A stretch of DNA of 62,470 nt, filler included, from Circinaria calcarea (taxonomy: Eukaryota), in the NCBI GenBank assembly GCA_051942165.1. It is 31 parts of 31 records of this genome, joined end to end, with 100 filler letters (N's around TTAATTAATTAA, not from the genome) between each part and the next. Parts side by side here need not be neighbours in the genome. Positions count along the whole stretch, not along the records: positions 38,442 to 40,356 come from JAVECS010004093.1; positions 40,457 to 42,371 come from JAVECS010004094.1; positions 42,472 to 44,385 come from JAVECS010004095.1; positions 44,486 to 46,396 come from JAVECS010004096.1; positions 46,497 to 48,407 come from JAVECS010004097.1; positions 48,508 to 50,418 come from JAVECS010004098.1; positions 50,519 to 52,428 come from JAVECS010004099.1; 24 more parts are not named here. One strand, 5' to 3'. The position numbers and the translations under genes are program-made. Below the pieces are notes generated by a model. The model was not told the origin of the DNA, ran no database searches, and saw only the letters and a program-made list of their open reading frames with translations. Below, piece after piece: positions 39,800 to 51,692 of this stretch; position 1 is the first letter of the stretch; each line of letters opens with the position of its first letter.

Positions 39800-40140
39800 T
39801 GTAAGGGCGCTGCAATCCTTGGGGCCTATTGAGGAATATAATAAGTCCCGATTAGTAATAGCACGGTTATATAGGGTGTAGTTGAACTGTTGCCCTAGAC
39901 TCAATATAAAAGGAGTATATTGAACTCGTTATGGTTTTATAAGTATACTATTCTAAAGAGAGGGAACAGCCTGTTTATATAACATCCTACTTATCTGTGC
40001 TCATACCCTGAGCACTTATGAGCGTTACGCTCTCCCGTGCTCATGCCCTGAGCACCCATGAGCGCTGGAATGAGATTAGCCCGTTCCGTTACCAGTCCCA
40101 ATCGGGTCCTAGTACATGTCATGGTGCTGGCGCCATAATA
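39800..40140 (+). mobile_element. LTR family B copy (RIP-mutated, no TSD)
   Basis: TGTAAGGGCGCTGCAATCC start, similar to the 23095 copy up to the TATA box; ends GGCGCCATAATA (C>T of ...ACA). Confidence 0.85.
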
Positions 40141-40153
40141 TAAATATTATAAA

Positions 40154-40291
40154 AGTACCGTGCCTTAATAATTTGGGTCGACCCGTGGCTTAAAGTTTAT
40201 AGTTTCTAATAGATAAGAAAATATGCTCTAATTAATTAGGAGTTCCATTAATTAACTTTAGGGTTGACCCGAGCTGTTAAGGCACGGTACT
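40154..40291. mobile_element. 138-bp MITE-like element with 31-bp TIRs
   Basis: AGTACCGTGCCTTAATAATTTGGGTCGACCC / GGGTTGACCCGAGCTGTTAAGGCACGGTACT; all mismatches are transitions. Confidence 0.8.
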
Positions 40292-40701
40292 GTTTATATA
40301 GACTTATAACATGCGCAAGCGCGCAGAGCCCTGAAACGTATTGTATTTAATATAATNNNNNNNNNNNNNNNNNNNNNNNNNNNNNNNNNNNNNNNNNNNN
40401 TTAATTAATTAANNNNNNNNNNNNNNNNNNNNNNNNNNNNNNNNNNNNNNNNNNNNAAAGTCGATCACCGCGAATCCTTCAGCGAATGGATTGGAGAACT
40501 AACACAGACTTTTCAATCAAAAGCAGATCTGGCCCGTGCTGGCAGAGTATTACATATGGTAGGGTCATCCGCCTTGCCAAGCTCCTCTGGGATGATCCAA
40601 CATTCCTGCGCTGGCTCCCAACTCACTCTCGAATTTGGGCCATGGAATATTCCACTCAATCTCCTTTCACCTAATAATCCCTACACTAAACCCATATTAA
40701 A

Positions 40702-42363
40702 TCACAACTCATCCTTTATACCCCCTTTTCCGTTCCCGCTTTCGTTGCCCCCGGCTGCACAGGCCGCCGGCGTCCCAACCTCCATCTTATACACACACTT
40801 TTCCGCTTCCACAACCCTCCAGATCTCGTCATTCTCGGCGCAGCCCAGAACCACCAGCGTACTCCGAGCCGGTCCATTCCAGCAGTGCTGGCCATTCTCA
40901 TACCTCAGCGCCATCCTCTCCCCGGAACCAATACCCTTGCCATCCGGCGGGACTTCGTCATCGACCGTAATGGTGTCGATCCCGACAAAATTACCCATAC
41001 CGGTATGGCTTCCACCTTTCTTAGACTTCTGGGTCGTTCGGTCAAGCCAGCAGAGTTCGTAGATGTACTCGCCCGAGTCCTTGGAGATACATTTCCCCTT
41101 GAGGGCGCGAAACACGTCCTCAGGACCAAAGTCCTTCTTGAGATCTTCTTGGTGGCTTTTGAGCTGGTCCACCTGGCCGTTTAGAGTGTCCTGTGCAGCT
41201 TTGAGGGATGCCCTAGCGTCAATTACTGCTTGAGATTCGGAGCCCGGGCCGCTAGCGCTCGAGGCCGCCAAGATGCCATTCTCTACAAGAACAACTCGAA
41301 GATCCCGCAGCTTCTGATCGACCCAGTCGCGTACGGATTTGGGAAGGTATTCTTCAAATTTGTAGACTAGAAGAATGTTAGCCGTAAAGCATCTGCGTAA
41401 AGGAGAAAGCAGCCCTACGGAGTTCAACATCACTTTCTTCGCTTTTCTCCCATTCGGCCCAATTGATAGCCCCTGTCTCATGATCTGGCTTTGTAATCTC
41501 GTCCAAATCCCGATCATGCGCCGCATCACCTGCTTCCGAAGACCTATCTCTGGCCGCGTACTCTTCCCAGCTTCTCACAGTCCGCTTTACGCCCTCGTCG
41601 TTGAAGTTGGGGTTGTAATCTTGCTTGAACGTTGATAGGATCGTTTCCAGCTCCTGGATTCTTGCCCGTCCGGAATCCCGCTGCGATCTTACATTGATCA
41701 GGGCTTCCCTCAGCTCCTCGATCCTCTCTTTTGCCAGTCCAGCCAAGACGGCCGCCGGATTGCCTGTTCCAGTAGATTTGACAACCTTTCCCCCTTCTTT
41801 CCGCTCCAACTCCCGCAGAGTCGTTTCTAGCTGGCGTATAGATACTCGTGATGCTTCAACTTGTGTTTCCAGAGCTTTTATCTGATCTTCCACCTCTTCC
41901 TTCAGGCGCTGGGCCTCAACCACCAGCTCTTCCCTTTTCCGCCCGGAAGCCCCCAGTGCCTTTAGTCGCTGCTCGTCCCGCTTCTTCCATTCCTTGCCGG
42001 TTTCCTTGCACCGGTCTGGACATGACGTCCCGCCGACACGCTCCCATTCGTCGCTCCCATCACAGCAAAGGTCATAATCGCACACGCCGTCGTTGACAGC
42101 AAGGAAGGGCACGTAGCTGGGTCGATGGCCCTTGTTCTTACAGTAGAACCCGGGCAGTGCGAGGGTCGTATTGATGTTCTCGATGCCAATGTCGCTGGGT
42201 GAGCTGGGGGAGAGGGGCGAGAGGTAGGAGCATGCGGAGGTGCCCGGTTCGTCCGAGCCATCGGGGCAATCGCAGTAATCATCGTTGACTTGTGACGGAG
42301 CAAGTCCGATGGAGGGATTGGAGATGCAGAGAAAACTGTCTGTCGCCTTGTAGAATTTCGCGA
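40702..42363 (-). CDS. GTB1: Glucosidase II beta subunit (PRKCSH-like), 5'-truncated; intron near 41367-41419
   Basis: VNDDYCDCPDGSDEPGTSAC, VNDGVCDYDLCCDGSDE, YENGQHCWNGPARS, EAEKCVY...TPAAC, ends KDEL. Confidence 0.95.
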
Positions 42364-44928
42364 CTGTGTGCNNNNNNNNNNNNNNNNNNNNNNNNNNNNN
42401 NNNNNNNNNNNNNNNTTAATTAATTAANNNNNNNNNNNNNNNNNNNNNNNNNNNNNNNNNNNNNNNNNNNNTTTTCTCCCCCCTTTCTCCCTCCCCCCTC
42501 CTCTTTCCCATAGCGCAAAAGGCAAAAGAATTCACCCAGCCACACAGGTTTCACATCTAATGCGCAGGGCACACGCCACGTCGACATGCAGGGAGATTTA
42601 CAGATTCCCTAGATTCAGATCGATTTCGATCTTCTTACCACAAAGTCTAAATATTCCATGTGTGTGCGTGTGTGCCCTGGGAAACAAAACTCTTCGTTGA
42701 CGACGATCCCACACTCGCTTTGCCGAGCACCCCCGAGCTGCCGGTGTTGATCTGATCTGGATCTGGATCTGATCTGATCGTAGGGGAGGAACATTGCGAT
42801 TCCGTGTCCTTAACCAGGAGAACCAGCTAATACTGCAACTTTGCGAAGAAATTTCCATACAGGCACGAATCAAATACCATACCGGCAGCCGATGGCCCAA
42901 CGCTCAAAATTCCCCCAATTGCGGGGAAAGGTGGGGGTATGACACACCCCACGACGCAGGGTTCGCATGAAAAGAAAAAGAGGAAATGAGAACAAGAAAA
43001 AAAAGCGGTGACTTTTGTCGAAGGGGTATCCAACCTCCAGTCCTTGACCACCGTCCACCGTACAGAAACTGACACCCACCCAAACTTGCCCAGAATCCCA
43101 TTCCGCAAATGCGGAAACAAAGTTCACTGCTGTCTTTCTTTACGCAGTACGGAGTACACCATGTGGTACCTCTCTCCACCTTTTTCCAACCTTTTTCCAA
43201 CACTTCCCTACTCCCGTAGTTTTTGGTTTTTTGATGCACTCTTCGACCTTACCCCCTGGAACTTTTTAAACAAAATACTTCCGTAAAAAAACCGGAAGGG
43301 GGGGGGCCGCCGATTAATCCCCTAGAGGGAAGAGGACGAGTTGCGTTGATTGTGACTGACCGGCCCGGTGACGATCGCATGGGGGCCGAATCTGAATACC
43401 CCCTCCCTAATCCCTTACTACCTAAACCACTTATTTATTGATTGAAGAAAATCCCACGAAATCCACACGGAAATCACGCGAAAACGAGCGGGGAGAGCGA
43501 GAAGCGAAACGAACCCTTCCCCCTCCCCCTCCCTCCAAGAAAGTTGTAACCTTTTGGAAAATTCAAATTTACTGCCAAGGTGGTTGGATGTACCATACCA
43601 TAGCGGGTACTCCGTAAACCCAGACTATCTCCTCCTCCCAAGCCCCAAAAAAAATTGTGGCGTAACTGTTTTCTTTGTCTTTTTTTTCTTTCTTTTTTTT
43701 TACTCAGAACCTAAAACGATGGATGGATGGGGACCCAGGACTGGGGAAAAAAACGTTTTATTTTGCGCTATGTAATCGGTTGGTTGGTTTGGTTGGTTGC
43801 CTCTTCTTTGCTCCCCTCGGCTTGTTAGGTCTCTGCTAATCTATGGTATGGATGGGTGTAATATCGGTTAGATCGCCTATTTACATGTGTGCCCTACTTC
43901 AAATCTCTCGATATACCCCCCTTCACGTGCAACCCATGGCGTGTATGTAGGCCTTTGTAAAGGGTTCTCCTTCCTAAAAGCCCAATGACACCTTACTCCG
44001 GTAAACTCCCCCCCCCCCGGTCGGATTTAGAACCGATCCCCATCCGGAACCCCTAAAAAAAGCCATCAAAAATCTAGTTGCGTTTCATTGAAAACTGCGT
44101 ATTCGTACACCGATCCGGACAGACAAGCCACGTTTTCATGGCTTTTCGAATCTTGCCGAGAGATTGCCCAAGCGACGCTAGTTCGATAAGAGGACCGGGG
44201 GTCAGTGCAAAGGCCAAGGCGACGACGCCTCCCCCGGTACCTTTAGGAGCTCATGGATATCAACGTTATGTGTGTAGAATTCGCTGTCCGCCTTGCCGTT
44301 CCTGGAAGACGACGAAACTTCGCGCAAAGCCACGATTTCGCGGTCGGGGCCCTTGTCGCCAATGAAGGCCGGAGTAGTGCGACCGNNNNNNNNNNNNNNN
44401 NNNNNNNNNNNNNNNNNNNNNNNNNNNNNTTAATTAATTAANNNNNNNNNNNNNNNNNNNNNNNNNNNNNNNNNNNNNNNNNNNNTAATAGAGATGACAT
44501 TTTTAAATTGTATTGTATATTGGCGATGATGGTGTAGTCACTCGAAGGTACCCTACGGTAGCAAGATTACTATTATAAGTGGCAATCATTACCATTTTCC
44601 AAGTGATAGTAATTGCCATGATTTATGGCAATTTCTGCTGTTTGATTGATTAATTGATTTATTCAAGTTTAACGTCCATATGGAGCCGGTTTGGCTATGA
44701 CAGACATCGCTATTTCACCTTGGAGCCTTTATGGCTACCAGAGGGTCGCTGTGGTGTACTAAGACACCGCGTTTCTGAAGTCCCACTTGAAACTCCCAAA
44801 ATACTAACCGTCGACGTGCGCATTCTCGCTATCCACCGAAGTTTCAAGCTTTCGGGCTGTGCCCTCCTGATTCAATGTGCCCTAAGGCACCGCTTTTTGG
44901 ACCCCCCGAAGCGGGTCTCACCGACAAT

Positions 44929-45890
44929 ATGCCGGCCTCTGATGGAAGTGGGTCCCCGTTTAAGAGGCTTCCGAAGTGTTTTGGTTGCTGGCTATTCTTC
45001 AAGGAATAGGCTCCCATTGGTCGTTGGTCGCTGGCTATCGCTCACCCGATAGGCTTCCGTTGTCAGTGGTCGCTGGTCGCTGGCAAGAACAGCGGGCTCC
45101 CGATTGTCATTCGCAGGCAGGAAAGAAGGATTTTTCATTTTTGAGCTCGGCAACCTTCAACGAAGCTCTGTTTTCATTGGGCCGTAGCCCTCTCTGGTGG
45201 TCGCTGGCCACTGGGGGCAAGTCAGTGTGCTTCCGGTTATCGTGTGACGATCTGTCGGGGGAAAGCAGCCCCTTCAGTCGCTGAGTCTGTATACGCCCTG
45301 GCAACCTTCACAGGGTTCATACACGCGTCGATGAGGCCCTCGTATGACCACGATGGGTTGCTCAATGTTTTTCGGCTGCTGGCCACCTTTGGTGGGCTTC
45401 CGATTGTCGTGCATAGCGTCCTGCAGAGGGGAAGGAAACCTTTGCAGTCGCTGAGTCCTTAAGTGATCCGGCAAACCTTCACGGTGTTCACCTATTCGTC
45501 GCTGGGGTCCCTATATGACCATAAGGATTACCCGAATGTTTTGACTGGTCGCTGGCCACTAGGAATGATCTAGTGCGCTTCCCGTTGTCGTGTATCGCAT
45601 TCTATAGAAGGCGGCGGCTCTTCTATAGATGCTGAGTCTGTGTAGATGACCGGCAACCTTCACGGTCTTCATACACGCGTCGGGGAGGCCCTCGTATGAC
45701 CACGCGGGTTGCCCAATATTCTTTGGTCGCTGGCCACCCTAAAGTGGGCTTCCGATTGTCGATTGTAGCATTCTGCTGAAAAGGTGCGAAGCTCCTGCAG
45801 TCTGCTGAGTCTGTATACGGGCCTGGCGACCTTCACGGGCTCGTAGACGCGTCGGAGGGTTCTCATATGACCATGAGGGTCACCCTTTGC
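44929..45890 (+). repeat. Degenerate tandem array of structured units: short modules (about 45 bp) followed by long units of 151-182 bp
   Basis: GGC(A/G)ACCTTCA-like starts at 45149, 45300, 45470, 45652, 45825; TGGTCGCTGGC-hairpin-GCTTCCG module at 44982, 45025, 45074, 45198, 45373, 45546, 45724. Confidence 0.9.
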
Positions 45891-47708
45891 TGGCGGGAGA
45901 CTGGTATTCCACGCGTAATGTGGACGTATCACGCGTGTCATATGCTTCCAATAGTCGTATGGATACTGAGTATCCTGATTCTACGTTGCCGCTGTATTCC
46001 TCCATTCTTGCTGTCCCGGGCGCGTGTCCCCCACCGCTCGAACCACGTTTTTCAGCAGGCTTCGATTATTCGTTTTCGGCTGCTTACGCAGGCTTCGATC
46101 ATTCGTTTTCGCAAGCTGTTTCGTCTTCAATCGAGAGTGTGGGTTCGGTTTGTTCGACGCGTTTGATCTCGCTCCTCTGGGGGGAATCCAGCGACAGCGC
46201 CGCTGAGCTGGCAACGCCAGCGAGCTCATCTTAGTTTCCTTAGGCCATACAGCCTAAGTACTTATAGCAGTCACCACGTAAAGGTGTGAGCTTATCGACT
46301 CTCTCGACCATCCGACGTCCATGTAATAATATAAAGTCTTGTAAAACCGCATCCACGGAGTCATATTCCCTAATCCAGCACTTATATGTAATGGCGNNNN
46401 NNNNNNNNNNNNNNNNNNNNNNNNNNNNNNNNNNNNNNNNTTAATTAATTAANNNNNNNNNNNNNNNNNNNNNNNNNNNNNNNNNNNNNNNNNNNNGGCC
46501 TAGAGTGCCGGGGAAATGGGGGGGAATCTCCCACTTTTAAATTACCCACGGTCTTTTCTTGGCGACCGTACGCCCAACCTTATCCTGCCCTATTATGTAT
46601 GGTAGCTGAGTAGTACCGAAGGCAAGAGGGAAAAAGGCAAAGCGTGTAGTAAATATTTATTCACTTTGATGTTACATTCTTCTTTTATTCCTATTCCTAT
46701 CCCCCATCTCTGTCAGGGACTCAATTGGCTTCATAGCATGCATTGTAGTATGAACGAGAATATAAGCACGAAGGTGCTTAGGTTACGTACAGCGGGGTAT
46801 TATACCCCGTGGGTAGGGCTTTAGGGCGCCTGTAGGGCGTACCCCCTTTAGGCTGCCACTTAGAACCGTGACAATCTCCATCCCTACCAGTACCTCTACC
46901 GTACGTACCGTACATACCGTCTTCCCCTTGATGCACAATGTAAAATAGTCCCTGTCCTTGGTACCTTCCTTGCGGGGTGCTTGGGATATTGGGACATTGG
47001 CAAATCTGGGAGAGAGGGGGGGAAAGGGGTGGAAGAAGGGTAGATTAAACCGAGGTAGAGGTAGCTATTTGAAGTGAAGTACCTTGTACTTTGAGTATAT
47101 ATATATACATGTAGGGAAGATTGTTTCTACGTCTGGGGGTGAATTGTTGTGGGGCGGTATGATATTATACTGACTGTACATGGTATTCATACCTTCGTAT
47201 ATACACTCCGGAAAACCCTGCACTGCCTGCCGCTTGCGATGTAAACAAAATCTTTCCCTCCTGCAATCACCGTACGTGTCATAGTGGTAGTCGTCAAAAA
47301 TCATGATTCCACTGACTACCTTATGCTTCTCTCCTATTCCGCTATTCTAAACCGCAAAGCCAGAGGACAAGTACAAGTACAGGCACAGGCACACCCGGCA
47401 GTGCAACGGCCTGATTCCCATTCCCATTCCCATCCCCGTACCTTTAATTGCGTTCCATGCTGTCTTGGTTTTCCATTAAACACCCCCACCCCCCAGCCTA
47501 ACTTCCGTTCATGTCGCGTCCGTTGAGTCATGAAAACGCCCTTGTGTTTCTATGCCCGAAGCCCCCGAGTACCGAAGAAACCCTGGTCTTCCCTCCTTCT
47601 CCCTTGTCACGGCAGGGAAAACCGACCAAGCAGACTTGACAAAAGTAATAGGAAAGAAGCAAAAGCCTAGTAGTAAAAGAAATGCCGGAGCAGCGAAGAA
47701 AATTCACC

Positions 47709-48407
47709 TTAGAAGATTGTGCCAAAGGAGCCATCCGTCGGGAGCGCCTTGCGTGGACTCCCCTTGTTGCCATCCGTGTCGACGGCAGGTTTACGGTGTC
47801 TAATTTAGCACAAATCAAGTCAGTTATTTTTTTATCCGAAGACCGAACATATCACACGGACAATTAGATCTCAAGACGAAACATACCTAAACGTAAACCC
47901 AACAAACAGCCCCTTCGCCATCTTCTCATCCCGATCCGCCATATTCTCCAGTGCAGTCTGCTTATCATGCACCTCCTTATACTTAGCCATATCCGCCTCA
48001 TTGCTAAAGTCATCAAAGTAGCCCGCATCGGTTTCCGAATCTAATTCCGGCACAAACGGCGCTCGCTGCATTCTCAGTTTTGTCCAATCGACTTCCGCGA
48101 AATATTGGTGCCGATGTATTTCCGCGATACCCCCAAACCGTTTGTCGGGAGCGGCGACGAGTCGGCAGAGGAGATCCCAGGTACGGGGGCTGAGGAAATA
48201 ATTCGGGTCGTCGTATTTGGGTTTCTTGAAGACCTTTTTCCAGTGACGCAGGTTCGACCATGTCTCATCGACCGTGGAGCCCGCAAAGGGAGGATAGCCT
48301 GCGAGACCTTCGAAAAGCATACAACCCAAGCTCCAATAGTCGACTGTAAAGTCGTACTCTTCTCCCTTTAGCACTTCCGGAGCCATATAATCTGGAGAAC
48401 CGACGAT
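47709..48407 (-). CDS. DBF2: NDR-family kinase Dbf2, C-terminal part; intron 47800-47886
   Basis: [73 protein letters not shown]. Confidence 0.93.
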
Positions 48408-48507
48408 NNNNNNNNNNNNNNNNNNNNNNNNNNNNNNNNNNNNNNNNNNNNTTAATTAATTAANNNNNNNNNNNNNNNNNNNNNNNNNNNNNNNNNNNNN
48501 NNNNNNN

Positions 48508-48725
48508 CCGTTCTTTTACCAACTGGCGTGATGATGCCCCGATAAACCGAGCCTATTTAACCCACATCTCCCCAGAGCCACCAATAGTTGCAGCCGGTGC
48601 CCAGTCCTCCGAAACTCACTAATACCTACTATACACTGACAGTACAGCTTATCTCGCTAAACATGGGTTAAATAGGCTCGGTTTATCGGGGCATCATCAC
48701 GCCAGTTGGTAAAAGAACGGTGGAG
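48508..48725. mobile_element. MITE-like element with perfect 57-bp inverted repeats (left end cut by contig edge)
   Basis: 48508-48564 is the exact reverse complement of 48664-48720; right side continues TGGAG then TA, consistent with a Tc1/mariner TA target. Confidence 0.8.
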
Positions 48726-49560
48726 TAATGACTGGTAGGTAGCCTTACCAAGCTATATTATAAGTTGGGGCTGTAGTATCAGTGCTGTAGCTTTTACAGT
48801 GTACACTGCACCGGGAACTGGGAACCGAGGACTGCTAGTGTACAGTGCATCGGCTGCACTATCGGCGGCCTTTGCATCTCCAATACCCTCTACCGGAACA
48901 GAAAAAGCGCCATGAGCCCGGGATTCATACGACTCAACGGACAAGGTGTATTTTCAACCAGAAACCAAAGGCAAACAACTCTCCCCTCTCCCCCAGCTTC
49001 CACTCCACCCAACCCCACAATCCACTTAACTAGATAAACGATAACAAAACCGCAAGCCTCAAACCTCAAGACGGAACAAAAACAAGCTTTCATACACATA
49101 CACACTTCCCACCGAGAACTAATCGTCCCCAATTCTCTTCCCACTTCCCCACTCTCAACTTTCAAACTCCCAAACTTTTGGAGGAAAGAGATACAATGCA
49201 AATTCTACCGAGAACCGCCGAACCGGGGCAAGTATTTCATTTCGATTTTCAAATTCTCCAAGGTAAGTCTCTAGGGCAAAATTTCTAGGGTAAAGTTCTT
49301 CTGCGGGACATAATGGCTATAAGACCCGCTGGTTAGAAGGGGGAAGAGTGGCGGAGAAGTGGAAGTGGAAGTGGAGGAGAAATAGAGAGAGAGAGAGAGA
49401 AGGGAGGGAGAGGGAGGTGGTGAAAAAATAACTTCCATCAAAGCGGAAATATATACAGCCGGTAACTAGCAAGCCACTACATGCAAGCTACCAAGTTCAG
49501 TACCCCCGTCCCGAACCAGTAAACCCCAACCCACATCCCCCACAAGTAATCGCCAAAGTC

Positions 49561-50418
49561 CTAGTGCATCACAACCGCCACATGATCATCCATGTACTGA
49601 CTGATATCGCCCAAAAAGCACGCCGCCACAATACTCACCGCTCCAAACACGATACTCGCCAGGTACACGTATTTATAACTCTCCGCGTAGGCAATCCGAC
49701 CGGCGGCAACCACAATCGCATACGCAGTCTCATTGTTCCCGATTCCGGGGATGGTCTTCAACTCCTCGAGGAGACTCTCACCGGTCAAGGCAATCGCTTC
49801 GCCAATGTACGTGACATTCTTGATTCCAAGCTTGGACACCATGGCACCGCCAATGTAATGGGTGGCCATGGGGACAAATTTGTTGAGAAAGACGTTGTAG
49901 TAGACGCAGTAGCCGATACTACCGCCGATGACACGGATTGCGAGGGTAAGGGCGGCAATGGTAGCAATAAGGTCGTCGGGGCAGATGATAGTTGTGATGA
50001 TGGATGCAGGGACAACAATGCCGCCAATCCCCAAGCCGGCGAGGACGAGTAGGCCCCAGAGTTGGTAGAGGTTGTCGACCCGGCCGACGGCGAGGGAGCC
50101 GCAGCCTGGAAGCGAATTAGCTTAAGCCTATTCCCTGAGCAGAGTTACTCACCGGCAGTCATCAGAACCGAGGATACAATCATTAGTTCCTTGTTGTGTC
50201 CACGAAAGACACTAAGTAGCCAGAGCACAATACAGGCACCAGCTAAAACGGCAAAACCGACTGGAATACCTCGGATACCCACTCCGACAGGGTCATGACC
50301 GTAGACGTTGAAGGCCTGAGTAGGCCAGAACATGAGGATTGAGAAGAAGTTGGCACCGGAGATGAAAGTGATGATGAGTGTTAGGACAAGAGTACGAGGA
50401 GCCTGCTTTATGCGTTTG
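49561..50418 (-). CDS. MFS drug/toxin efflux pump (Tri12-like), C-terminal part; one short intron near 50107-50151
   Basis: ITFISGANFFSILMFWPTQAFNVYGHDPVGVG; ICPDDLIATIAALTLAIRVIGGSIG; AYAESYKYVYLASIVFG; YMDDHVAV. Confidence 0.88.
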
Positions 50419-50518
50419 NNNNNNNNNNNNNNNNNNNNNNNNNNNNNNNNNNNNNNNNNNNNTTAATTAATTAANNNNNNNNNNNNNNNNNNNNNNNNNN
50501 NNNNNNNNNNNNNNNNNN

Positions 50519-50761
50519 GTAATCCTCTACGGCGTCAACTCCTTTGCGACCGTTCTGGCAAACTGTACGTTCTTCCTCCCCCCTCTCAACCCCCAAACTT
50601 CCTTCCCGCGGATTCTTCCTTTACGAGTTTGGTATGAAGGAGGGGAAAAAGGGAAAGAGAGGCTGATGGTGAGATGATGGGGTCGCGTAGCGGATGAATT
50701 TAGGAATGACCCTAGGAATCCGGCGTCGAAGACGGCGAAGCCGGCGGATAAGAGGGCGTAG
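50519..50761 (+). CDS. ATP18: Mitochondrial ATP synthase subunit i/j, 3' part; intron 50565-50690 (absent from ORF track)
   Basis: Spliced VILYGVNSFATVLANS|DEFRNDPRNPASKTAKPADKRA*; EFxNDPRNP is the subunit j signature. Confidence 0.88.
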
Positions 50762-51692
50762 TGTGCGTGAGGATGGATTGGGGGGGAAATGATGGGTGGA
50801 GAGGTGGGGAATGGATGGGAAGTGTACAGCAATCATAGAAGGGGGAGGTGAAACGTGGCTTGTTCTGCGCCCATTATTTAGGAGATGTCGGGGTTTGCGG
50901 TGAAAACGTTCTAAGGGCAGAGTTCGAAAGTTCCGTTCGCGCAGTCCCAGTACATTTGACCTCAAATCACATCGATCACCAAAGATCTCATTCCACGATT
51001 AAGTAAAATAGTCCGTGATTTTCTAAACCTTTACCACCTCAAATTCTATGTGTACTCCCCTCAAAAAAACCCCCACACCCACACCCACAATCCAAAACCC
51101 CCAACTGTTCCCTCCGGTAACTCTCCCACTCACCATTCACCGGCCCCCAGGGCATACAAGCTGAAAGCCTAAACCGAAATCCGTCTGTAGTGCTCCAGAG
51201 ATAATCCGCCAGACTTGTTCTTCCTAAAGGGATGCACATGGATGGTAGGACGGTATAAGGGACGGCTTGGTAGGGGAAGGGGAAGGGAAAAGAAAAGAAA
51301 GGTGAAGGGAAAAGAAAGGCAAAGGAAAGAAAAGGAAAGGAGATGACGCATAGGCATCTGGGGAGATATACGCCGAATGTGCGCTTGGTGGGGTGGTTGT
51401 AGTTTCTCTCTTGCGATGGTTCTGCTAGATCCTGCGAACTGAGGCTCGGAAGCCGACTTTCAGGTAAGGTTTGATTGGGTTCGTGCGGAGATCCAACGGC
51501 TTAAGATAAGAGCTGCCGTTGGACTTCTGCGTACTAATGGTTTTGGGTGGTGAGTAAACCAACCTTCGGGTTGGTAGGATACAAGGAGGGTTTGATTCGA
51601 TTGTGTTGAATTACTGGAGCAGGTGTCGAGTTAAGCAGCCGTTCGGAGATTGGTGCCATACATTTTTGCTGTCACGAAGGGGTCTGTAAGTC

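Noticed and set aside
42472..44385. Short ORFs and a (GATCT)n run in this contig
   Set aside because: Low-complexity intergenic sequence with no recognisable gene.
45149..45890. Array units as hammerhead, HDV-like, twister or hairpin ribozymes, or 5S rRNA copies
   Set aside because: No CTGANGA plus GAAA core on either strand and no convincing topology for the others by eye; the 5S resemblance is limited to ATGACCAT. A covariance search is still needed.
46497..46873. Possible third LTR family ending CCGTGACA at 46873
   Set aside because: One terminus only; no second copy or TSD in the window.
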